Of a DNA stretch of 25,619 bases, positions 11,993-22,504 are shown in pieces. The first letter of the stretch is position 1. Each line of letters begins with the position of its first letter. The notes beneath the pieces were generated by a model, which saw nothing but the letters and a program-made list of their open reading frames with translations, made no database searches and had not been told where the DNA came from. The stretch comes from Amoeboaphelidium protococcarum X5 (taxonomy: Eukaryota; Fungi; Aphelidiomycota). The translations under genes and the position numbers were made by a program. Where the stretch lies: positions 1 through 25,619 of the forward strand of contig JALDTO010000220.1 in the NCBI GenBank assembly GCA_023515725.1. Reading direction: 5' to 3'.

Positions 11993-13360
11993 ATGATTTA
12001 ATTTATTGCCGTTGGCTTCGTAGCTTAGATTCTTGCTGTGGTTTCTGGTGCGGCTGTGAGTAGTAATGAAATCGCGGTTGAACAGTCTTTTGAGATTGTA
12101 TGTTAGCACACTCACTGCGATGATCCGATTTTGAGGCAGATGTATCCTGCTGTGCCACATTTGACCAAGAGATAGCAGGCTAGTCCTCCTGTCAATAGAC
12201 CCGATGCTAATTGGTTAAATTTGACGGCAACTAGTCCTGATGGAATGGTGTCTTTTGACGTGAGCTGCAATCTGAACTAAACCGACGCGTCAACATGCAA
12301 CAAGGTAGAGACATCACTGGAATCTGTAGCTGAACGCGTTGCTAAAGCCATCAAATTTGCGGTGCCTATCAGAGTGTAAATGCTCTTCTATAATCTGTGC
12401 ACGGATACTTTTGCCGATGCTGATTGTGGTGAAGTTCTGGGAGCTGCAAGTCCGTCATAGGTGTTCAAGTTGACTGGAGTGCCTGTCCCTTAGGCTATGT
12501 ACCCCCAAGCTTTGGTACGTCAAGTGCTGCCGCGCAGAAGTACCGATGCCTCACTCTATGGCGAGTACGATATTTAAATGTCATTCAATTCGTTTAATGT
12601 CAAGTGGCATTTTTATGATGATGGCGATCGCATCGACCGCAATGCTTATGATTTTGAGTACGTTGCTCTTCACGAGTTTACTCATGGCCTTGGATTTTAT
12701 TCTCTTATCAATGTGAGATTGTACTCGGATACTGCAATATCTGTATAAGAATTTGGTAATGCTGGTACTGCGCCTTCAAATTCGTTTTATCAAACCATCT
12801 TTGATCATTATCTCGCGTAGATTCAAGGCGGCAGTGCTCAGAGCTCACTTGGTCAGGAGGTCACTGTGAGCTAATGGACCTCATTTGACGATGCCTAAGT
12901 CGATCTTGTTAACAATAGAAATGTGTTGCAGCAGTTTGCAAGAACTCCAGGTGGAACAATATTTAACTATGTGCCTAGTTCATCGATTTTTGACTCTCTG
13001 ACTCTCCCTAAGCGTGTATTGATTGATGGCTCCGCTGCAGTTTTGTATACGCCGCGTAACTTCTAAAATGGTTCATCTGTTACTCATTTGGATTAAAATT
13101 TGTATATTGACTCTCGCGACTTTCTGATGACCCCAAGAATTATCATGGGTGTCAGATTGGATTAGTTGCTTACCTAGCGAGGCTTACAGGATGTCAGTTT
13201 TGGTCCTAGAGTTTTGAGAATTTTGTCGAGCATGGGCTATACGCTAACCGATGCTGCAAGAGGTTTTAGTGCGTAGACTGGCGGCTCTTCGCTGGTGGCA
13301 ATCAATTGGTATTCAGTAGTGGGTGCGATGGCCGCATCTCTTTTGGTTGCAGCTCTATGA
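11993..13360 (+). CDS. HEXXH zinc metalloprotease with C-terminal GPI-signal-like tail (paralog C), 455 aa
   Basis: Intronless. Signal peptide, LTKR|QQ, YPQALVRQ, LHEFTHGLGF (His at 12671), LYTP..GSSVTHLD, DFLM (Met-turn-like), hydrophobic end TGGSS..WYSVVGAMAASLLVAAL-TGA. Confidence 0.88.
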
Positions 13361-13441
13361 TAATGAGGGAAATGGAGACGATTAAATAGAATGTTAAACT
13401 AATTATATAAAACGTAGATCTTCTACCAATAGACAAAAAAA

Positions 13442-15634
13442 TCACTTTACTATTGCAATAGCATTTAATATCGCTAACGCCTGCTACGCGTCAGGCCTAT
13501 TCAATGGATTCTGATCCCAGAGCTACTGAAATAACTTAACATATGATGCAAGTCGAACATCATCTTGCCATCGCATTTAAACTTCATCACGTATATGAGG
13601 CCGTACACCATTCATGACAGCCTTCTCGATGGCAGCATAGTCAACTTTGAGTTCTGTCCATGGAATAATTCTATTCATTATTTCATACATCACAACGCCA
13701 ACAGAGTACATGTCTCCAGCCTTGGCAATCTTGGGATCATCTTAATCAGCACTGATATCAAGAGATAGTTTTACGAACATCTCCGGCGCACAATAAGGTG
13801 CACTAGCACCAATAACTTCAGACTTTTTAAACATTTTTACTCCATAAAATGCAGGATCTATGGGACAGGCAATTCCAAAGTCGCAGATTACACCACGTAA
13901 TGTCCGTTGATCTTGTTCTAGATCTATCAAAACATTTGCACACTTTATATCGTTGTGAGTCACATTATGGCCGTGTATAATCTAAAGACCATTGCAGATA
14001 TCTTTGGAGAGTTTCAACCACATATCGGGAGTCCATTTAGGATCAGAATATTACAAATCCGTAAATGAGGTGCGATGAACCACGTCATGTAAGCTTCCAT
14101 GGACATAGTGCTTAAGTATCATTGCTTTCGGGCTGTCTGAGTACCCAAGGATATGAATGATATTAGGGGATAGGTGAAAGAGCCACATTACAGACACTTC
14201 ATGATTAAACGCATTTACCAAATCATCAGCATTCATACCTTCTTCCTCTTTCAAAATTTTCACTACACAAAACTGGCTCTTATCAGAACGCACCTTTAAA
14301 TTGTTGTCCACAATCTCTGCTATATATAAAGCACCAGAGCCACCTTCAGTAAGTTGACGCACGACTTTAACGTCTTTTTACAAATCGGTCAATATAGCTC
14401 CCGGTAGTGCGAGCGGCTAAGGTTAATTCAATAGAGCAGCATTTAAAGTCGTTGTGCCCTGATAATACTAAGTACTCTAATAACTTCTTACAGTTCCACC
14501 TAAACTGAATTGAGACGCAGCTGAACTGTGTTACATCGAAGGAAACTTTGGCTTTCCCAAGTTTTGTTACTGGTTGGACATAACAACAGTGTCATTATTC
14601 TATGTAGAATTAGGTGCAATAGGATAAGATACGCGTTAGGCTGCCTTATCATTCGCGCTCTAGTTCAAAATCGCACCACTAGAGTTTGACTTCTGCCCTT
14701 GCTTAGACTCATCTTTGCGTGATATTTCAGTTTCCAACAGAGTGGTCTCATGGACTTGAAGCAGCGACTAATCGGTGGATACCAGCTGTGCAAAATCAAT
14801 TACAGTCTGCTCTTACTCGATCACTACCGATAGATCTGTGGAAACTAGTTACGCAACGCCAACAACTGTCTGATCCATCTCAGCAGACTATTGCTTCTAC
14901 TTCTATTAAATTTCCGCAGCAGTACGCGATCTGGGTGAAAATTGAGAGGAAGATATTGGCAACTCAAAATGACTCTAACTTCTAGGAGGAGAAACCATAG
15001 TCTTCACAGAGTTGGAGTTGGCCATAGAGACCGGCACGGTAGGTCTGATATTGTTTCCCTGAATCTGTTGATTTGACTATCTAGTTGGCATTGGAGGAAC
15101 ATCTGAAATCAGATTTTTGGCGCCTCTATCGCGATCACCTTTAGTATTTTAGCGAGACACTTTGTCAGCTCCACCAGTTTGGTCCTAGGTGCGCCCATTC
15201 TGAGCGGTATTAGCATCCAACAATTAGGGCATTGACTTGGTTGCGTTATAATTATGAGTAGCTCTTACACTTTAACTGTTGGACAAATATACAGCATTTA
15301 CTTTAGCCTATTAATTAGAATCAGTGAGCGAGATAGATTGTTACTATGTAGAAGAAGTCGCACTGACACTACCATGAGGATTGGCAAGTCTGTTATTGCC
15401 AACATAATCCGGGGCAGCTGCTAAAACCGCTGAAACATCATCGAGCTTCTTCTTCCTTTTACCAGCACTATCATTAGATTTCCCTTTTTATCTCGCCGAA
15501 TGACCAGAAGAGGTGCGCTATCTATGTCGGCGACGTCGATATGATCGAAAGAACCAAGTTATAGCAGCAAATGCAATGATAATCACCACACCAAGTGCGA
15601 TTAAAGCAACAAGAAGGGTGATGTCGATATCCAT
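13442..15634 (-). CDS. Single-pass membrane protein kinase (TKL/receptor-like, non-RD), about 730 aa
   Basis: One frame under TAR=Gln. N-terminal TM ITLLVALIALGVVIIIAFAAITWFF followed by RSYRRRRHR, a long low-complexity linker, then the kinase: EGGSGALY, VVK, HEV, HNDIKCANVL, DFG, YCAPE, DMYSVGV, RP. An alternative in-frame ATG lies at 15739. Confidence 0.88.
14771..14872 (-). repeat. Two-copy coding repeat (63-nt period) in the kinase linker
   Basis: QTVVGVAQLVSTD (14872-14834) and QTVIDFAQLVSTD (14809-14771). The middle Gln is TAA in one copy and CAG in the other. Confidence 0.7.
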
Positions 15635-15932
15635 GTTATCTTTAGAAGAAAATGTGGGGTATGTATTTAGCTTGACAGAGAAGAATATAAAAATGGAAAG
15701 TTGTCTAGACTTTGTTGTTGTGAAAGAGAAACTTGACATCGTGATATTTTAAGACATGTTGCTGCCAAATGAGATCGCAGCTTAAAAATAGACTCAAGCT
15801 GACAATGATGACAACGACCAGTGGGCAGAAACAGCGTGCGCGTGCATGAACTGAAACAATCGCTGTCAACTCTCTTTACGACTTTTGCATCGCCTGAATC
15901 ATCAAGAGCATTAGGATCGGCGGTGGTGAATT

Positions 15933-16662
15933 ATGCTACGGCTATCTTTAATTACCAGCAGTAGAACTATGAAAATTTATACCAAAACTGGCGATAAAGG
16001 TATCCTTCATCCATATTTTAGAATTCCCAGTTTAAATTCTTTTGTAGGAACTTCTGCATTGTACAATGGGGAACGACGTGCAAAAGATGATGCCATATTT
16101 GAGACTCTGGGAACGATGGACGAGCTGAGCAGTATGATCGGACTTGCCTTTGAATTCAGTCGTGATGTAGATTAAGATTGTATAGTCCTTTCACAGCTGG
16201 CTTCGGTTTAATGCGCCATTCAAGATATAAATTCCAATGTGGCCACGCCGCGAACTTCTAGTGCCGAATTCAAGGTGAGCAAGACTGCATTCGATCAAGA
16301 TGGCACGCGAACTACAGAGCTGGAACAGTGGATCGATCATTTTGATCAGTAGCTTCCTCCGCTAAAGAACTTTATTCTCCCAGTAAGTTTACATTTAAAA
16401 AATTACGCGTTACCCAGTTCAAGTTGATGTGTTTGTGTATGTGTATGTGTAGAGTGGCGGTAAGGCGGCGTCGACATTGCACGTTTGCAGAGGCATGGCT
16501 AGGAGAGCCGAGCGTAGACTGGTGCCCCTTGTTAGGGAAGGAGGTGTAGATGAGTCTTGTGGAAAATATATGAATCGTCTGAGCGACTACCTGTTCATGG
16601 CAGCTAGGTACATGTCGCAGCTAGAGGGCAAAGAGGAAACGATATACCGAAAGATGACATGA
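15933..16662 (+). CDS. MMAB: ATP:cob(I)alamin adenosyltransferase (PduO/MMAB type), probably mitochondrial, 203 aa
   Basis: Exons 15933-15999, 16048-16382, 16453-16662. [21 protein letters not shown](TAA=Q)[39 protein letters not shown]. Short Arg/Ser/Leu-rich presequence. Confidence 0.95.
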
Positions 16663-16714
16663 TAACCATAAGACTACAACACTGGTTTACAGAACATCAT
16701 TAGGATTATTGATT

Positions 16715-18144
16715 TCATTTCTATCCAAATTGCATTTGAATTATACCAGTCTTGTTTAGCCGTTCAATCATGGTCATAATCTTGGACGCTTCCTGATCCT
16801 TTTCATCATCAGTCATTTCAACGATACGTTACTACTTTATAGCGCCTGTCATGATGTCTATATTCTATTAAAGAACAAGATCTGCTATTTTACTTCCATC
16901 GTCTGCCAAACTATTAGAGAGAAGATCCATCACACCGTCACCTTAATCGTTTCCATTCCCAGAAAAGAGACCATGCTAAAACAGGAAATAAGACAATGGT
17001 CCAAATCCACAATAAAATATACTGCGACCGACATCTTTCCCACATACACTATGCAGAAATCTGAACAATAATTCTTTGTTCTGACTACTAAGCTCAACAC
17101 TCATCAAAGACTTTATCAATTGGCAATGGACAGCAGATCCTTCATTAAGTGGGCGACTTCTATCCATATTATGAGGAAGTAGTTTCATCTTTAACTGCTA
17201 GCGAACGTTCTCATTATCACACAGCTAAATCAAATACATCAAGTATATTTACAAATGCTCTTGATCTAATCCACTATTATTATAAAGCATTTATAGACTA
17301 ATGCAAGCAACGAGAGTCGACACCTGGCAAAGAGAGTTCTCATCAAAAGTATCAATCATTTCAGTACTTGAAAATCTTGTATAACTATACTCCTAATCAT
17401 AGTTTACGAGCAATTACAACGCAGTGTTGAATGAATTGGCTACATTTATGTTCTAATCTGACTACTACAAGTGGCCGCCATCGAGATATAAAGATATCTA
17501 ATCAGAGTGCTTAACAGTAAGAATCTGTAAACATTTGAAGGCCACCAGCTGGTAATCTTATAAAATGTCATGAACATCTAACGAACTCAATCTAGCCTTG
17601 AAATTAAATATTAATTTGAAAATCTCGTTCAAAGTATCTTCATCAATCTATTAAATATTTTATACCAATTTAAAGACTGGTGCGTGAATAAGAGACAATG
17701 CAGCTGGGGAGCATAGATCAGGCCGGTGCGCAGTCAGTACAAACATGAATCGAAGGGAGAGAAATGTAAAACCATCCATGGCTACAAAGTTGCAGCATTT
17801 CCCAAGGATACTCGCATTCACTTAATGTCGCACACCTGCATTGAGCATAATGATATTAATACAGCTCTTATATAGTTGAATACGCGCTTGTAAACTCAAT
17901 TCAGATGCAGCAATACAATTATACATTAGATCAAAAGTGGAGATATCAAACGACCGAGTATTTTCAGATTCAATCCTACTAAGTTCCAACAATCGCAGAG
18001 AGACATCTACAAGTGCTCAGTCCAAATTAATTTATTCGATTGTTACAAAGATAAAATAAATAATAATTAAATACCTTCCCACTGCTTAGAGTCTGTTATA
18101 AGAACGGCGCCAGACTCATTGACTAGAGTGCGCAGCTAGTCCAT
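16715..18144 (-). CDS. RIC8: Ric8/synembryn G-alpha chaperone and GEF, divergent, about 453 aa
   Basis: Exons 18144-18075 and 18006-16715. LRFMFVLTA; FYCGFGPLSYFL (compare GYGNAAG.L); NIDIMTG (compare INPVTG); EMTDDEKDQEASKIMTMIERLNKTGII (compare MTEEEKEREA..L...F.RL...G.I). Confidence 0.82.
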
Positions 18145-18383
18145 CTTTGTAGCCAATAAGATGATGCTTCTTTGCCAAATAAAGTGGAGTCTAAAATAAA
18201 GAAGACGCAGAAGAAAAGTTTATCGGCTGAAACTTCATTGAGACGGAGTGTTTCACATTTTCCTTTAAAGCGAAACAGCGAGAACGTAGTATTGTCGTAC
18301 GTTGTTTCACTCTTTGGCCGTTTACAAAAGCACTCCCCTGATTGAATATTTGATTGAGTGAGTGATATACAGTATAATGCAGG

Positions 18384-18462
18384 GGCTAGCTCGTGATTCA
18401 TAGAGCGATTCTAGTAGATATATTAGTATGAAGATTCCAAACGTGATAATCACGAGCCAGCT
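18384..18462. repeat. Imperfect 15-bp inverted repeat in the RIC8 / protease D divergent region
   Basis: GGCTAGCTCGTGATT (18384-18398) versus AATCACGAGCCAGCT (18448-18462): 13/15 complementary with a perfect 10-bp core. Confidence 0.5.
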
Positions 18463-18656
18463 GTGATCCCTTCTCTATTCCTCGTGCTAGTGCGTGACAT
18501 GCGTACTTTGCGTAACATTTCATTACGCGTTACCTCATGATTATCGAATTTTATCCAAAATACATCGTCGTAAGTGATGACGAATTTGCTTTTTTATCTC
18601 TAAATTAGATTGATACATTATCCCAAGTGTTCTCTTTAAAATCAATTTGCTGATAG

Positions 18657-19976
18657 ATGGTTTCATTTGCCTTTGTAAGCGTTGTTTCATCGATTGTCGC
18701 CCTGGTATCAGGTGCGGTCGTGAGCAGAAGCAAAGCCACGATTGAATAGTTATTTTAGATAGAATGCCAGCATGCTGACTGTGACGACCCCATTCTTAAA
18801 TAGACGTATCCTGCTGTTCCCCATCTGGCAAAAAGATAGCAGTCGTCTGGTCCTGATGTCAATATCCCTGGTCCTGGTTGGATGAATAAGACTGCGTAGA
18901 GTCCTGATGGTATGATCTAATTTGATATCAGCTGCGATTTGAACTAAACAGACGTGTCAACTTGTAATAAGGTGGAGGCAGCTCTGAAATCTGTAGCTGA
19001 ACGCGTTACTAAAGCTATCAAGTTTGTGGAGCCCATTAAAGTGTAAGCACTCTTCCATGATCTGTGCATCGACTCTATTAACAAGTCTCGCTGCGATAAT
19101 CTGCTGGGATCTGCTAGTCCGACCTCATTGCTCAAATTGACCGGAGTATCCGTCCCTCAGGCAATGTATCCGTCAGCCCTGGGACGTCAAATGTAGCCGC
19201 TCAATACTCCTCAAGCAAAATTAGTGCCGTATGATATACGAATGAGACTGAACTCCTATAATACCAAATGGTATTTCAAAGAAGATGGTGATAAGATAGA
19301 CGACAAGGCTTACGATATTGAATATGTTGTTCTACACGAACTCACGCATGGTCTGGGGTTTTATTCTCTCATTGCTATGAGACTGCAGTCGGATATTACT
19401 TAGTCCATGGAAATATCGGGCAACGATCGTGGATCGTCGTCAAATACGCACCTCCAAAGTATTTTTGATCATTATCTTGCATATATTGAAGGTGGAAATG
19501 CTCAGACTCTGCGTGGTTAGATGGCCAATGTTAGCTAGTGGACTTCATTTGACAATGCTCAAGTAAATCTTGTGAACTCAACAAATTCTCTGTAGGAATT
19601 TGCAAAGAAGCCTGTGCAAACTATATTCAACTACGTGTCAAGCTCATCGATTTTTGACTCTCTGGATCTGCCTAAGCGCATTATGATCGACGACTCTGTT
19701 GCTGTGCTTTACACACCGAATATCTATGAGAATGGTGCATCTATTGCACATTTGGACTTGAGTCTAAACATTGATACTTAAGATTTTCTGATGGCCCCAA
19801 AAGTTATGTATGGCGTTAGGTTTGACGAGCTGCTAAGTGAACGAGGTCTGCAGTCAGTTACTTTTGGCCCAAAAATTTTGAGGATCTTCTCGAGCATGGG
19901 CTACACATTGACTGATGCAGCAAAGAGCTTTGTTGTGTCTAGTAATAACTCAACCACCATTGCCAAACAGGGTTGA
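18657..19976 (+). CDS. Secreted HEXXH zinc metalloprotease (paralog D, closest to paralog C), 439 aa
   Basis: Intronless. Signal peptide, LAKR|QQ, LHELTHGLGF (His at 19335), LYTP..GASIAHLD, DFLM, FGP, SSMGYTLTDAA. Colinear with 11993-13360 but has no hydrophobic tail before its TGA. Confidence 0.88.
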
Positions 19977-20337
19977 AATATTTTTCAATCTTGCACTACA
20001 CAATGATTGACTGCTACTCTATGGATCTCAGTTCGCATGATTTTTAGAGTGAATACATAGAGATTAAATATAGAATTATAAGAATCACGTAATCATTTAA
20101 AGTTAACATATGCCTAAGCATGTGATCAAGGTCAATCTAGTGAGATTTTAACCACGAGCTGAGGCACAACCTGTATCAATAATAGTGTTGCTCGTGAGTC
20201 TCGCTGGCCGCTGCTACAATTTCTATTTTTCCTGCTCTTCGCCTTTCTTCATTCGTTCGCTTCCCTCAAATCTTCACTACCTTTTGCTTTTCTTTTTATC
20301 TCCACCGAAGAACTAAGGAAAGACAAAATTATAAGTT

Positions 20338-20800
20338 ATGGGAGCTGATCACGCTTACGTACCTCCAAAGACTGATGGAACTTTTAAATTGAAGGTCAAT
20401 TGGGATAGACTGGCCGCATCTAAGGTTCAGCCTGCTCATAATCCTGACAGTAAGATTTTACTGATTTATCTTGATTCCATATATTATTTTGACAATGATC
20501 GTCTCGTAATACATTATCATTATGTTTGTAGAGTTACCACATCATATTCATGCCATTACTTAGGAGGAGTTTAACAGCAAGACGTTGAGAGAGTGGTGGA
20601 ATTACAAGAACTGGCGTTAGACTAGCTTCTTTGGCTCGTATAGTCCTAGAAAACACTTTGAGAACTATGTACACAAGTACTACAGTGCAAAGGTGCCTGA
20701 TAGAAGAATTTTCATTCACTGGTTCATGGCTGTGGGTACTTTGGCGTTTATCACGCACTATGGCAAGAACTCTGGTCACACTTACGCTAAGCATCACTGA
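20338..20800 (+). CDS. Small membrane protein, probable mitochondrial ATP synthase subunit f, 126 aa
   Basis: Exons 20338-20449 and 20532-20800 (GTAAG...TGTAG intron). YVHKYY, then a TM (IFIHWFMAVGTLAFITHY) and a basic/His end (HTYAKHH), resembling the subunit f architecture. The gene model is solid; the identity is tentative. Confidence 0.55.
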
Positions 20801-20932
20801 GCACATGATCTCTAATAATTATTATGAAATTATGAAATGAGATTTAAATAAATAGTCACCGATTTTACATCTTTTATTTGCCGCCATTTAGTTGACATAT
20901 GCTGATATGTTATTTACTCATATCTTTACTAT

Positions 20933-22276
20933 TCACTTTAGCGGGCGTTCTTTGGCGCGTCTGTACTGAGGAAGACGATCGACTTGAGCGTTCAACTTGA
21001 AGGCTGCGTGATTGATCCACGAAGGATGGCGGAGAAACTCACGAGCGATAGACACTCCATCTGCCCATCCTTGACGTAGAAGCTACTCAGCGTACTCTGG
21101 ATCAGTGATACATCCTACCGTAGTAACTAGAACTTGATGACTGTTGTCAACTTTCTACAATGCTGATTTTACAATCTTGGCATACTCGGCCTGGTATCCT
21201 TCTACAATAGTTGGAATCTTCTATTGCGGAGATAACCCTCCAGCACTACAATCAATACCATCCACCAGCTTTCTTTCCTTTAAGTAGCATGAAAGTTTTA
21301 CCACGTCATCAACATCCCATCCACCTTCTACCCAGTCTGAGCAGCTAAATCTAATCCAGATCGGTTTCTCTTCTGGCCAAACTGCCTTAATACTTTCCAG
21401 AATCTCAACCAGGATACGTATGCGATTCTCAAAGGATCCGCCATACTAATCAACTCTCTTGTTAGAGATTGGTGATAGAAATTGATGCAGCAAGTAGCCA
21501 TGAGCGGCATGAAGTTGAATAAAATCGAATCCAGCCTGGTTTGCACGTCTCGCACCATCCACAAAACTTTTAATTACGCCCTTAATATCATCCAAAGACA
21601 TCTCTCGTGGGGTATGCAATTTGCCAAATGCTAAAGCTGAAGGAGCAATAATCTCATGTCCTTGAAAAGAGCGTTTATCTTCCTCACTTAACGTCTACTC
21701 ATAGACCATGGCAGCATTTTTCAGGTCACTCAACTCTGCAGAATGATGAAGAGACTGGCCAACAGGCACAGCGACATCATGGCCACCGCCAATGAATGGA
21801 CAATACGATGAACCTTTTCTCCCGGCATGGCCAAGCTGAATACCCATCTGCACATTGGATAAACTCTTAACAAATGACACAACTTCGCGCAGGCCTGCAA
21901 CGTGCTCATCCTTGTAAATACCGAGATCTCTTGGACTGATACGACCACAGCTTTATACAGCAGTCGCCTCTACAATGATTGCACCAGCACCATGCATTGC
22001 AAACTGGGCCAGATGTGCCAAGTGAAATTGAGTTACGAAGCCATTGACACTGCTGTACATACACATTGGCGCGACCACGACGCGATTTTTAAACACCAGG
22101 CCTTTACTTGTGTATGGCTTAAAAAGCTGAGCCTCTTCTCCACCACTCTACTTATCATTACTGCCACTATTACTCACAAGTACTCCAGGCTCTGCAACAG
22201 CTACATTCAACTATGCAGGTGGGAGTCTCCTGACATGAGATATCTCAAACACTGATGCGGAATCCATGATGACCAT
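20933..22276 (-). CDS. NADH:flavin oxidoreductase / old yellow enzyme, YqjM (NamA)-like subclass, 447 aa
   Basis: Intronless. [56 protein letters not shown](TAG)[16 protein letters not shown]-terminal PQYRRA. Confidence 0.93.
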
Positions 22277-22504
22277 TTGCACAAAAGACAAGCAGAGAGT
22301 TGTATGATACTAATAAAAAAGTGTATCTATTAAAATTAGTGTAGAATGGAAAAGGGAAGCAATGGAGAAGACAATTAATATAGAGCTATATTGATTATAT
22401 AATCCATTTGAAATAAGTAATCAAGGTCGGTAATCGATAGACAGCACATTATATAAGCAGCGCGACCGTCCGATCGATCTTCCACTGAAACAAGTTTGTC
22501 ATCA

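Noticed and set aside
18075-18119. ATG at 18119 as the RIC8 start
   Set aside because: It is out of phase with exon 2 after the GT...TGTAG intron. ATG 18144 gives the correct phase.
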